From NCBI RefSeq assembly GCF_009914755.1, contig NC_060929.1: a DNA stretch of 64,000 bases; one strand, given 5' to 3'. Within the stretch, counting starts at the first letter, position 1; each line of letters opens with the position of its first letter. The notes beneath the pieces were generated by a model, which saw nothing but the letters and a program-made list of their open reading frames with translations, was not told the origin of the DNA and did no database searches. Positions 1 to 13,799 of the stretch are shown here, in pieces. The position numbers were made by a program, and so were the translations under genes. The stretch comes from the human T2T-CHM13v2.0 reference genome, Homo sapiens.

Positions 1-3000
1 TTGGCATCCACCAAATATCTATGCATTGAAAAAGATAGCATGAGGATCTTAGGGAGGTCAGCATAAAGCATCTCTCTCTGCTTTACATGTCATTGGTTTC
101 TGCATCCAAACTTGGCTATAAGAATCATAATTGGGTCAAATTGGCAGGAGTTTCCAGTTATAGAATCCACCATTTTTTTCAAAGAAGCCAATGTTAATCA
201 TGTGACTGCTGGTAATTGGACTAGGACCTTTTATTACTTCATTCTCAAATGCCCTGGTGAATCAAGCATTCCAGCTCCCACTTAATGGAATATACTAGGG
301 CTTGTGTTAAGTAACTTCTTAGATTTACAGTGCCAGCAAATAGTAGAGTGGACTCTGAATACAGGTTACATGATACCAAGTGCACACACTATAGGAGTAT
401 ATACCCTTGAAGACATGAAAATACTGTTTAAATTTTTTGACATCCTGTTATTTCTTAGTAATTTTATGTGGCCCAATTATACAAATTCCATTTACATATA
501 CTACAAAAGGGCTACTTTTATAGCTGTTTGTTATAGTCCCCTAATTTTATACTATCAGCTTCATAAAAATCAATTAATATCCTAAATGTTAAAGGCTAGT
601 GTTTTCATTATTTTAGTCCTTAGATGTTTGTTTCAGGCTACTTGTCTTAGTAATCCTTAATTAAATTTTAGTTTTTATCTAAATTCAATCAAGCTTTTGA
701 GTAATGATAACATTTTGATAACAGTGATATTAACAGCAATCAAATGGATCCTTTTTTTTTTTTTTTTTAATTCTAGGGAGAATGCCATTTAGGCCTTCTT
801 TGTGAACCAGAAAAAGCTATGCCTAAGTTCTTCTTGTGAAAACTCAAGATACACAGTGCCAAGGGCTGTGTGTCCTATGAATCAGCAGGAAATTCTGGCT
901 CCAATCCCATGTTGTAATATGGATTTCCTTTCATCTCAGGCAGCTTAATACTTTAGAAAAAGATCTCTAGAGGAAGATTTTTTCATAATTTCTTTATAAC
1001 AATTTTTTAAAAAAAATCCTTATTTTAATTCAGTTATTTTCTAGACTTTGTCATTTTATTTTTAATTTGTTCTTTGAAAAATTAAAGAATTTGTATACAC
1101 AGTCTACATAATAGTTCATAAAAACAAGTGAAAACGCTATTGAGTAAACATTGCCATTTAAACTATTGGCCTTTGACAATCAATTAGAAATAAAAAGCAC
1201 ATTATCTAAATTGATTAAAACTTTGATATCTATGGTATGCACACCTCAGAGACTGAGCTATAAGGAGGCAATTATAGAACTTCTATTTTTAGATCTTTGT
1301 CTCAAATATAATAATAAATTAAGCTTTATGAGTATTTCATATATAGCATGTCCCTGGCATTGTCATGTAGTTTGTATTTCAGAGAGTCACAAGTTAGGAA
1401 CTTGTACCTGAGGCCTCCATCTGCTGAAGGACAGAGTATGAGTCCCACAATATGAAGGTATTGTCTGTACAGCCACATGTTCACTTTCACCATTATTGCA
1501 ATGTTAGTGCCTTGTTAAGTGGATTAAGAAATTATATTACCTTATGTTTTTAAAATCCCTACAATACTTTCTACTGATATGGGACAGTGATCACAAAAAT
1601 GTTTTGCACAACACAGAGGTCTGATGGGTATGTTACAGGAATGTCAAACTTAAAGATGAATCACACACACATTGCTTTCTTTAATAATAATAATAATAAT
1701 AAACAATCAAACCTCACCTACCAAGTTTGCTGACCTTTTTCTGCGATAACAAGTAGCTATCCATAGTGTGCTACAGAGCAGACAGCTGAAAAAATAAGGA
1801 GACTTATATGCCCCTTCCAGGTAAAGGTCACATTTTAATAATGGATGAGAAAGGAACTGCTTTTGAAAGAAATTCATGTTATAAAAAAAAGTATTTTGGG
1901 AATATTTCAATCATTAATAATTTAGTTGGCATAAATAGTGGGTTTCACCTATAAAAACATATTTCTACACACTTAAAGAGCTTGAAATTCTCAAATGTTT
2001 CAAATAACATATTCTGAATCCATTTCTCAGAAATAGTAAAACGTACCACTGCTTGGTTAGTTTGCTTGAATGAATGGACATCAGAGAAGATGGAAATTTA
2101 GTAGCCAAATTTAAATGACAAAAATGTGTTTAATTGGTGGATGGTATTAAAAAATGAGTACCACGATTTAGGAAGTGTAGCCAATAAAGCACTTCCATGT
2201 GGATGCCTGCATCTTTGGAAACTGTTTAGTTATGATAGCTATTAAAACTATGTAGGAAAAGAAACTAAATTCTGAACCAAGCCTTTAAATTCCTGCCTGG
2301 CAAAATGTTAAAGATGTAAAAAGTAATGAGATGTTTAATCAGTTGGTTTCAATTACAATATTTTTAGAATGAGAGACAATATGAAGGGTTTTTTGAACTT
2401 CTAATAACGTTTTAAATGCTTTATTTCATCTTTTAAAATTTATATTTTTGTGTAAATTTAGTAATACCAATATATATTAGACTAGCATATGAATGTAATT
2501 TATAAATAAAGTGCCATATATTGGGGATGCAGGCTAAAAATTTTCTGAAAGATATATATGTAATAAACAACCTCAGGGATCACTGGACTGGACTCCCCAC
2601 TCTTAAACAATTAAACTGGGGAGATGGGATACACCTTTCAATTCTTTCTTAAAAAACTTTTCCAAAAAAAGAATGTTTAGAAAAATACTACCATTTATTA
2701 TTTGTATTTAAAAAAGAAAAGACAATTTGATCCCAGAAAATTAGGAAGGATGTAATTGCAAAAGAAAGAATACACGATTGAACTGAAAATAATATGCTTA
2801 TGAACAACTTAATACAATGCCCTTAATTATTTTTATTCTTATTTTTGCTGTGGACTCTTTGAATATCATCATGGAAGAGTATTGATCTGCACACCTAATT
2901 CTATTTTCTCTTTTCCAAATGTAATAAGGCAAGTTCCTTTTCTTTTCTTTCCTTTTTACTCTGCCATTAGTTATCCTAACACTGTATGCATTGTGACCTA

Positions 3001-4612
3001 TTCTATGACAGTCATGCTCCATCTCCCTGGGCACAGGGCACCATAAGCCTCCCTCTCCCCTCCTGATCCTGACCCCTGCACCTCTCACCCCAAAGCCCCT
3101 CTGATACTATTGCTATTGAAACAGTGACTTCATGGTCGCCAGAGAGTGAGCATTTTCTCATATCCCATTTTACTTTTGCTTCCTGGATTCTTTTGGCCCA
3201 CTCTAACCTTTTGACATTTTTGGTCATACATGAATATCCATTTGGCTCCTCTTCCCTTAGTATATATTTGTCCCCCGACACAACTACTTTTTCAAATTAT
3301 GAAAGTCATTTGAATTCTAAGCCTACCTTTTGTGATACTAAATATCCTTGCATCTGTGGCTGTAATCTTAATGATCAAACTTCACCTTCTATTTTCTTGG
3401 TTATTACTGAAAATGTGAAGTTACAGATTTTCAGAAATAACGCCTCAAAACCTCACTGATGTATCTGCTTCCAATAATGTGAAAGAATACTGGTAGAAAA
3501 TTTTGTGTACATTTTCTTAGCTAATTATTTGTTCATTAGTCATTTGATGTCTATGTTAAAAGTAAAAAAAAGACCTAAAAAAAAAACCACATTGAAATCT
3601 CCACAAAGTTCTGCAGTACTCATAGTTGCATAGTATTTTTCCTTAATCACCAAAGCCATCTCTTAGTCATGGGAAATGAAGTAAATCGGAAGGCACCTTC
3701 ATGAAAACAAAATTTTTCTAGTTTTCCTCACACTGTCAACAAAGAGAATATTTATTGTGCTTTCATTTTCAGTGTATGGCCTAAGTCTGTGCCCTTTGAA
3801 AAGTTATATAACATAGGTTATCCTTTTATGCACATGTGTCAATATTCTCAACAGTGGAGCAGTTAGGGTTAACCCTAGGCAGAGTTCATCGTTGGTGCAC
3901 TCCCTGTTCCCCGAAATACTACATTTCCATTCTTTATTCAACCATTTCTTTCATGTATCTCTCCCCACATTACTGGATGGTCAAGGTGCCACACACAGCA
4001 TTAGTTCTTATCAGGAAATTCCTCTTTTACCTCCTCCTCCCACCTATAAGGAAGTGAATTGATGGAGAGTTGGCATTCACCTTTGAAAGTTATTGGCTTC
4101 TAGTATACAGCAACAACAAATGGACTTAGATCCAGGAAGAGTACCACATTTTATTTGTCATGGAACTCCCCAGGAAAAAATTTAGAACAAAATGGATATT
4201 GAGATTGTGCTTAGTTACAGAAGCAATGATATTCTGAAGGTGTTTCCAAGAGGGGTCATACAATAGAAGTTTTTTTTAAAAAAAAAAAAAGGAGAAAAGG
4301 AAAAACAAGGGAAAAAGTGAAACCAGCAAGAGGTGGCAAGTGAGGGGATACTTTTCCTTCCCGGGTCTTTGAGTGATGAACAAAGCAAGGCTGTCTTCAG
4401 GACTGCGTGACGGGGGTATTATCTCTCCTGGCATAGACCTAGACTTGGAGATGGTCAGAAAATTATGAGCTCAGCCACTGTCTCAAATGATGACCTGGAC
4501 TTCTACAAGGCTTCTTGGTGGTTGGTAGTCTAGAGATTTCAGGATTATAAAGCAAACCAATTATATTAAAATACCATTACCTAACATTAAGGGAAAATTT
4601 GTGATATGGTAG

Positions 4613-4924
<312 letters not shown>

Positions 4925-4959
4925 ACATCTGCTTCTTTAGTAGTATATTAAACAATAGG

Positions 4960-5250
4960 ATCAAGTAATGGGACTGGGCGCTACCTTAATTTTGCAATAG
5001 TGATGAATATAAACTATGTGGTTCAGTATATGAATAACTGTAGTATAAAATATCTGCAATTCCTGTTATTAAACATTTGGCAGAACAGCCAACTTTATGG
5101 TGGTTTGCTGCCTATTTTATAATTAAAGAAAAGTTTAGGTTTCAGTTGAATATTAGTGATAAAGAGAGAATATTTCTCCCTATCCAACTGAAAGAAACTT
5201 TTAATACTATACCCTAAGGGGTATTTGGACCCCAGGTTAAGAACCTCCAT
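4960..5250. mobile_element. Old hAT/Charlie-like DNA transposon fragment
   Basis: Resembles MER/Charlie ends (…ggaccccaggttaagaacctc). Family assignment by eye only. Confidence 0.45.
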
Positions 5251-5399
5251 ATCTACAGGCTGAAGTGTTTGGTGAAAAACCGTAAAGGAGGGTGTCTACA
5301 GTGGTATGAGGATTCAAGACTGGTAAAAGGAGCACAGGATAGCAGGAAGACGTTTAGATTAGGAGATTCACAACTAAGATATTTCTGAGATAAATTTTC

Positions 5400-5960
5400 T
5401 TAATTCTTAGCACCATCACCCAAATTCAGCCTCTTACCTCTTGTCCGAATTAATACAATGCCTCCTGACTGATCTTACAACCCAAGCTCCCAGCACCACC
5501 ATGCAGTCCTAAAGAATAGCTTTATTTATGTTTCAGTTATGCTTCTGTGTTCAAAAATCACTCAGTGCATCTTCATTGCCCCCTAAATAAAGTACAACTC
5601 TTAAGTCTGAATGTAGAGTTCTTTATTATTTGGCTTTGGTGTACCTTTCTAGTCTAAGTCTCCATTAGTCTTCTCCACATATCCCATGATACAATCAAAC
5701 TGGCCCACTTTTGGCTCCCTAATTGGATCCCAACACCCTCCTGTGTAGCCTTTCATCAGGCTTTTGCTTCCATCTGGAATTCTCTTCCCCACATTACATG
5801 TGCAGAAATCCTACCCATGTTAAAAGTTTAAGTTCAACAGCCACCCATTATGAGAGCAGAAATTTTGTTTCATTCAACTTGGTTTCTAGAATAACGATTA
5901 GCTGTATCCCTTACATATAAAAGATGGTCAATAAGAACATTTTAAATGAACAAGAAGGTT
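5400..5960 (+). mobile_element. Degenerate L2 3' fragment
   Basis: Pyrimidine-rich L2-like phrases (cctcctgactgatct, cattgcc…taaataaagtacaactcttaag). Confidence 0.5.
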
Positions 5961-6288
5961 AAACATGGGATCTTGGGGAAATCTCAAGATTAGAAATTGG
6001 TGAATTTAAGATGGAATTCAAGGTAGCATATTTCAGCAGCATGTGTGAAAGACTGGAAGGAGTCCTACCATTTAGAAGAATAGGGAGTTAGCCAGTAATG
6101 AATTGGAGCTCTTGTATCACTTTATTTGGATATGTTTTTATTTTATTTGGCTTCATTTCTTTATTTTGTTTTTATTCTCAATATCTTCTCAATGATGAAA
6201 AGGAGGAGAAGGTGGTGATGCTATAAGAAAGGGGCCCTGCATATTGGTGCCAGCCGATTCCACCATGGTGGTATGAATATCAGCAGTC

Positions 6289-6448
6289 CTACATGTGCCA
6301 TGGTGGTTTGCTGCACCTATTGACCCGTCCTCTAAGTTCCCACCCCTCCCCTCACATACATCCATGTAACAAACCTGCATGTTCTGCACATGTATCCCGG
6401 AACTTAAAATGCAATAAAATAAAATAAATGAAATCATACAAAGAAAAA
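6289..6448. mobile_element. Very short L1PA-type insertion with a 5' inversion (twin priming)
   Basis: 6291-6355 is antisense L1 3'UTR, 6356-6448 is sense L1 3' end with an A-rich tail. 14-bp TSD gaatatcagYagtc at 6275-6288 and 6449-6462. Confidence 0.85.
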
Positions 6449-8539
6449 GAATATCAGTAGTCAGGTGGGAGGTGTACAGAATATCCTTTACAGTGAGAGT
6501 ATTTTTTTAAAAGGTTCCTTCCTATATAAACTCAGACTTTTCCTTTCTTAAATGTTGCCTGCCTTTAACTTACACGAGATTCTGGATAGAAATTCTCATG
6601 CTAACCAACTCCAGCTTTCCAGTTCCCATAGTACCCATTACAGAACAATGCAATCTCAAGGCTGCTGATGATATCAGATCTGATGAATTCTCTGTTCTCT
6701 ATAAATTATTCAAAGCAATTTCAGCTTACCAGAAATGAATTTCCCTTTCTATGCAAAAGGCAAGTTTTGGTCATTTTCACCTTAAAATAACCTAATGATA
6801 CTCAAGAGTAAATAGATGGATACAGAATATTTCTCAAGAAATTTGTCCTGTGAAGGCTAAACTGACCTATATACATATCTCTTTGCCAGATTCAAATGCA
6901 ACTTGATATCTGTTAGATTAAAGAACTGGGGAGAATTAATATTAAGTTGACCTTGAGCTCTCTCAATTTCTGATGAAAAGTTTCAAGTTGCAAATGTTCC
7001 TTCTGTGCTTTCAGAACACATTTTTTCGTAGCTAGATAAGGCATTCCATTTGCAAGCTTTTTAAGATTTCTTGGATAGAATTTTATGCAACTTATTCAGT
7101 ATTATAATTCCCATGATATAACAAATGCATCTGACCACCACACAAAATGGCAGTGATTACAAAGAGATTCAATGACCACAGCCTAGCTTGCCTTGTCATT
7201 GTGTTTGGCCCAAGGAAACAGGAGATAGCAGTCTGTGCCATTATGCAATATTTAGGACAAGGATGACTCAGTTTAAATGGAAACATTATCTTAGTTCTGA
7301 GGTAAAAGGGCAGCTCTGCAAGGAAATACCTTTTATGTAAACAAAGATGACAACCTTATCCCAAAGGGAAAAATGCAAATGACATATGTACTTCATGAAT
7401 AATTTGTCTTAATTGTCCATTCTTGGAATCATACTCCAAGAATTCCTTGTGAAGAACAAAGAGACAAATTTTCATTGATTGATTCTCCCATTGCTGCTTT
7501 AGCAGATAATTGACTCAAATAAGGTAATTCCAAGAAAAAAATTTATGTACTAGGGAACCATAAAATAGTTTCCACCCTAATGAAGCCTCTGACATTTTGG
7601 TTAAAACACTTAAAGAAGTGTGAATAGTGGTTTAACAGTCTTTGTGCAAACGTTGTCAGGTTTCTGGAACACCTTTTCCAAAGGCTCTGCTGCTATAACT
7701 GCTGCTGCTGTTGCTAATGTTAGGCATTATAGCCTACTGGAAAAATCTGTGGAAGAAAGAGATCGTATGCTTTCTTTTCAAATTTTTGAGCATAAAATGT
7801 AAATAATCAAGCATTTATCTGACTATAATATATCAGGCAGCTAGATAATCCTGCTGTTCTGTTTGGTTATTGGAGTTGGGTTAGTGGAAGGATTATTTAA
7901 AAACCCAATACCTAATTAAGGATGGAAGGTAGGTAAGGAGTCCAGATTTACTCTTACTGTTCTGGGCACAGTTTTCTAAATTGAATACAAAGATACCAAT
8001 GGATATGAAGAACATACAGATTTTCTCCATCACTCCAAATGCATTGGCCATGTCATTGTTTGCTGCAGAAGTTGAAATGGCATCCTCCCAACCCACAATT
8101 TCACCAACAGAACTGCTTCTGCATTGTGTCCCAACAACAGGATGAGGTGAGGGCTCAATGTTCTTGAGATTTAGAGAGAACAAATTACTGCCCACAAAAT
8201 TACAACATCCATAGAAAAAACAATATTGTATTTTTGAAGGATGGCCAATGTCCTTTTTAAATTCAAATTTAGAAGGAAACATACTCCTTTATATTTATAT
8301 ATTACAGATTAAAAATAGCAAATTACCAAAGACCTATGTCTTTTTTTATAAAGAGCAATATTAAAGATCTCATTAAAAACTCTCTAGTATTTTGCAGGTT
8401 TTTTATGATACATTAATCTTTTCTTTTCTCTCAGAGGTGTTTTAGCCTCTTTCTACTTTGAACAATTGACCCTGTGCAAGGAGAAAGACGGCCATGTTGA
8501 AGAGCTGATGCACTGATACAAATATGAATTTACAGAGCA

Positions 8540-8700
8540 TCAGTTCTCAACTTGAGTGTGCATGACATTCATGATCTGTGTGTTTATTAAGATCCATATT
8601 CCTGAGTCCCACTGCATAAATACCAATTTGGTAGACCCGATGTGATGCCTGGAGTATCTGACAACTGCCTCGGTGGTTCAATTTGAGAAACACTGAGATA
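8540..8700. mobile_element. MER5-like hAT MITE
   Basis: Begins cagttctcaacttgagtgtgca and ends ttgagaaacactg (terminal-inverted-repeat-like ends). Confidence 0.5.
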
Positions 8701-9059
8701 GAGAGGTAGGAATAGGCTGGTTATTTTAAGTGCTCTTTCAAGAACTACTTTTATGTACCTACAGTTTGCATTTGGCATCCTCAGTTTGTCCTTAATGGGT
8801 CTGTCTGTGTCTTGTGATGTCCGCCTCCCCTTCCAGCACTCCCTGACCTACCAGTGCCACGCTGCTGCACTCAATTGCCCCTTCACCCTAGGGAAAGGGG
8901 ATATATCTGATGTGGTGCAGAAAGACCCCTCTCCTCTTCCTCACTTGAGCTTTATTTCCTTTGGTATTTTTCTTTATACCAGGTAGCAGCACTTAAGAAG
9001 CAGCCTGATAAACTGTCTAATGCTTGGTAGGAATATAATGATTGAAAACAGTTTAATGC

Positions 9060-9365
9060 TCCCTCTTCAGGTCCTTTGTTTTAGCTGTTTCATTCTCCCA
9101 GATCTTTGTTTTACCTTACATCATATCTTCTGAGACAGACTTCCCTGACTATACCTTGAAAATAGCCTCCCAACCTCATCCCACCCTTTCAGCCACTCTC
9201 AAATCCAAATATTTACCGGTATCTAAAATTGTCTTCTTTCTTTTCTGTCTTTTCCCATAGTAAAGCATAACTTCATGAGAACTGTAGGCCTTGTCTACCA
9301 TTTTTGCAGCTCTATTCCTGGCATATAATAAGTTCTCAATAAGCATTTAGTAAGTAAGTAAATGG
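9060..9365 (+). mobile_element. L2 3' end fragment
   Basis: Typical L2 terminus: cttcatgagaactgtaggccttgtct…cctggcatataataagttctcaataagcattt. Confidence 0.6.
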
Positions 9366-12300
9366 ATATGGATTTCTCCCAGGAATATATTTTAAAAGCA
9401 GACATGAAATGATGGCTTTGCTTTTATCCCTGGGAATTTCAGGTACTGGGCAGCCTGGAAAGGGAGCTATTTTTGGATACTAGCCTTCTAATTAACAACC
9501 TGAACATACCCTTGGCAAGTGGGATTTGGTTTTAGGGAGGAAAGCAGAAGGTGATGAGAGAAAGTCAGAGAAGCAAAGGGGTGGATTTCTTCCCATTCTA
9601 AAATGCGCTTTTTTGAGGGGTGGTGGGGGACTTCTTAATACTTGGAAGATTGCTCCAACAAAGTATTATCCTAAGAAATGTGGTCATCCTATAACAGACA
9701 ACATTCCCCCCACATACCCTAACACCCTAACACCCTCCTAACCTAGAACTAGCTGCTTAGTGCCATTCCTTTCTTAGGGGAATTTGTCCAAAGTCAGAAG
9801 CTGGTGACCAGTATCAACAGGAGGATTTCAGATGAACATCAGCTACCTGGCTTAAGGGCTGTAAATCTATTGTAAATTGCATAATTTTTAGTCCTTGTTT
9901 TTCTATTTCGGAAGAGAGGGTCTAAATTATTTTTTATGTCTCTTCCAGCATTAACAGGAATTTTATGATTCAAACGATCCATGGTCTCTGAAAATAATCA
10001 TGCATGAGTAAGCTGCTCCATCTACTGGGCATCTCTTAAATTACAAATAAGATTCCAATGAGGTATGGGAACTTGGAGATGACCTTAAGATCTCAATTAT
10101 ATTAACCACATGCATATATTGACTTGTTCTCTTCTTTCTAAATGCTGCAAGCATTCTTCTATTAATTGGGCATTTCTCTGCTTTACTCTTGTGATCTCCG
10201 CAAATGATGCTCACAAATCCTACTTAATAGTTCACGTATTTGCCTCTCTGTAGTCTTACACCTTTCTCTAGGGTCTGACACAGTTAGGATGTGGGAACAG
10301 GTGAGATCTAGAGTAGAATCAGATTGTCAGGGAGAGGTCAAGACCCAAGATGTAAACCTAGGAGCTGAACCTGGGGTGTGGTCTCCAGGAGCAGGTGGTT
10401 TGCAGTCAGGCACAAAACTAGGGACACAAGCATTAGGAAGGAAACTCAATGTAGTGGAAAGAAAGAACATCATCTTTTTAGGCAAGCAAACCTGAGTTTG
10501 AATCTGTACTACTTGGCTACACAACCACGGGCAGTTTACTGAGAATGGGGTAAAAACGTGTCAAGGGGATGGAATATAGTATCTGAAACTATGTCCCAGG
10601 CCCTGTAATCACTGGTTTACATACATTACCTAATTTAATCCTCATAAAAGCCTTATCAGGTATTATATAAACACAATTTTCTATTAAATGTTGGTGGCTC
10701 ATTGCTTTTTTTATCCCACACATTCTTCCTGGATAATCTGGCCATGCTTGTGATTTCAACAACAACCTATACAACTCCAGCAGACACTTGATTGTTGCAG
10801 GTTAGAAAAGATAGTGGAGAATGATAGCATTCGATGGCTTTTTCAAAGATTTTGCATTAGAAAGGGAGGAGAAATATGGAAAGTTACGAGAAACGTGCAT
10901 TCAAGGTAGCTCCCCCCACCACCCCCTTCCCCAGGATGGCAGAGACAAACATGTTTTTAGGTTGAGAAAAAGTGAGATCAAAGATATAGATAAGTCAAGT
11001 CCAGACAAGGTGAGCCCACATCAAGACAGGTCCACTCTCCCACTAAGATGCTTTTGTCTAGCAGACAAGTACTTCAAAGCAGCATTTGACTCTACTGACC
11101 ACTTCCATCTTCTTGAAACACATTCCTCTTTGGGCTCTGGGAACAAAAGACTCCCTTTCTTTTCCTCTTGCCCAGTTCCTGCTCAGGCTTTATTGCGAGA
11201 TCATCCTCCCGCGCCAGACTTCTGACAGGCTCTGTCCTCCACCCAAGGGCTTTGTCTTCAGCTCTCTTCTCTTGTAACCGACATTCTTCCTAGGTAACCT
11301 CATGGCATATAATACCATCTCTAAATGCAAATGATTAACATAGCTGAATCTCTTTCCAGGTTTCTCCCCGGAGCTCCAACATTCTGTCTCTACCATATAG
11401 TCACCTGAATATTTAACAGGCATGGGGCCATTTGGGTTACAATGGGACCATAAGGTGCCATCAGAAATAAACAATATTGTTTCCTTTCACCATCCATTCA
11501 AAGTTATTCTTTGGGCCTGTTTCTCTTCTGCCTCTTGGTTTAATTCCAGGGTAAGTCCCAAGAGTTACCCATTTTTCTGGTAATTTTTAGTTAACCAAAA
11601 GTTGTAGCATAAAATGATTATTCTAAGGTTTTGGGCTGCAGAGCCAAACTGACCTTCAAAGCTCACACTCTATTCCACTTCTCCACCCTATCTCCATTTA
11701 CTTTTAGAGCTTTACAGCTTTTAAAAGTGAATTGTTAGCCTCTTGGCAATTTTGGAAGGGAATATCGCTCATTTTTCTTTGATAAAAGGAAATAAAGATT
11801 AACAGGCCTTAGCTACAAAAGACATTCAGGATACATGCATAAAATATTTAATCTTATTTCATGCTCCAAATTTTATTCTTTGTTCAAAATGAAGTCTCCT
11901 GTCACTATTGTGTGCCATGCCATCCCCTGGACTCCTCACCCAGCATAGCAGAGTAAATATGCTGCGATGATCAGAATTCCTGAAATAGAGACAAGTATTT
12001 CAAACATAACACTGTGTTTTTCTTTGAGCATGTGTAAAGCCCAGTGTGTGAAGTGCCTCCTAGTCCCCCCCACACTCCCACATTTGGATTCTTGCATATA
12101 TACAGATTCATAGAACAGAACACAAACTGGCTTGTTCTGCTACAATGTAGAGGGAATACTTCCTTTTGTTTTTAACCTGGCTGAACATTCAGTCTTATAT
12201 AAATTCTTTTGCTGGAACCTATGGGCTAGATATATGTGATTTTGGGGATAGATGGCCTACACAGTACATGTTTCCATCATTTATTCCATTATTTATCAGT

Positions 12301-12499
12301 TTTTTTGTATCTTCAAATTTTCTCTCTACTTGTTACTACCTCCATCAGGCATTCACATTTAAATTGGTACTTCACATCTTAAAAACTATGACAAAAACAA
12401 CTCTTCCCTCATACTACCTTCCTTTTCAGCTGTCATTGGAGTTCTCCTTTTGGTAATGGCAGACTAGTTAGAGCAACAACTGTATTGCTGAAAAAAATT

Positions 12500-13790
12500 T
12501 AAAAATTTAAGTATGTTTCTCTTCGAATATATCAGAACTGGTAAGAGAGTGAAGACCAATGGGGCTAAAGTCCAGCAAAAGATGAGCCCAACATTGGAGT
12601 CACTTCCATCTAAAAAGGCTGAGAAGCTGAGCAGAGCTTTCAACAGATTCATGGAGTCAAGACCTCGTCAGAGAGGTGGTCCTGTTATATAAGACTGAGT
12701 TAAAACCTTGAAGAATAATACTGGAAATTAGGGCAAATTGGAAAAAGACTAACTCTCACAGGGACTGAAGGTTGACTCACAATCATTTCAGCACTGATCA
12801 CATTAAAATGACCTTGGATTATGAATATTCTTATTTTCCCAACAGAAACAAAATTGCAGAAATGGCAGGTGATAGAAACAGACTATGGGGGATCCAGATA
12901 AAGAAACCATTAGACATGGACTTTAACATGGCTATGATTAATACGTTCAAGGAAATAAAATCATTTGAAAATTTCAGCATAAACAGAAAACTATAAAAAA
13001 ATGGAAACTATAAATGAAAATATAATTATTGAAATTAATGACTGGAGTGAATCTGCTATTAAACTATAGAGTTGGAAGTATGTCAGAAGAATATATGCAG
13101 AATAAAGCACAGAGAGACAAAAATAGTATTATTTTGGCTTTCATTGTTCTATTGAGAAGTTAGCTAATGATCTTATTATTACAATGAGAGCCCCCCACCT
13201 GCCCCCAAAAAACTGGAAAGACACATTCAAAGTTTTGAATGAAAACAACTACCAAATCTAGACTTCTATATCCAATAAAACAATTCTGAAAGCATTAAGG
13301 AGGTATAAAGATATATGCAAGGATAACTGAAAACTAATCACCAGCACACCTCTGACTAAATAGTTTTCTACTGGAAGAAGGAATATAGTCTCAGGTTTAA
13401 ATCTGAATATGTGGTAACAGGTGAATATCAATAGAAGGTAAATATGTGGGTACATATAAAAGAATGTTGATTGTATACAGGAATTCTAATGTAGGATTTG
13501 CAAACTGTACAGAATTCAAATACATAACACAAATACATTACTTAGGACATGGTTAATTAGATGCTATAATGTCCATAAAATAAGTACTAATTTATACTAT
13601 AAGAAGTCACAGTGGATATGGTAATCTTTTGAATAGCTATTAAAATTATAGCAAAAATTAGTAACTACCAAGATACATAAAGTAATAAAACTATTTTAGA
13701 ACAGAACGGACAAATCGAAAGCAAAAATAATAACATTTAAACTCTATTATATCATTAATTACATTCACTGTAAATGGACTAAATGTTATT
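12500..13790 (+). mobile_element. Old L1 (L1M-type) fragments covering ORF1 to the start of ORF2
   Basis: A-rich strand bias and L1-like phrases, e.g. atcattaattacattcactgtaaatggactaaat (resembles the ORF2 start). Confidence 0.55.
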
Positions 13791-13799
13791 CAGTTTCCC

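Noticed and set aside
1718-1785. Exon-like segment (ttttttcag … gtaggt/gtgagg) on the minus strand
   Set aside because: No frame resembles a PH continuation. Splice-like pairs are common by chance.
7893-8282. 129-aa minus-strand ORF
   Set aside because: No domain similarity and no convincing splice context. Consistent with a chance ORF.
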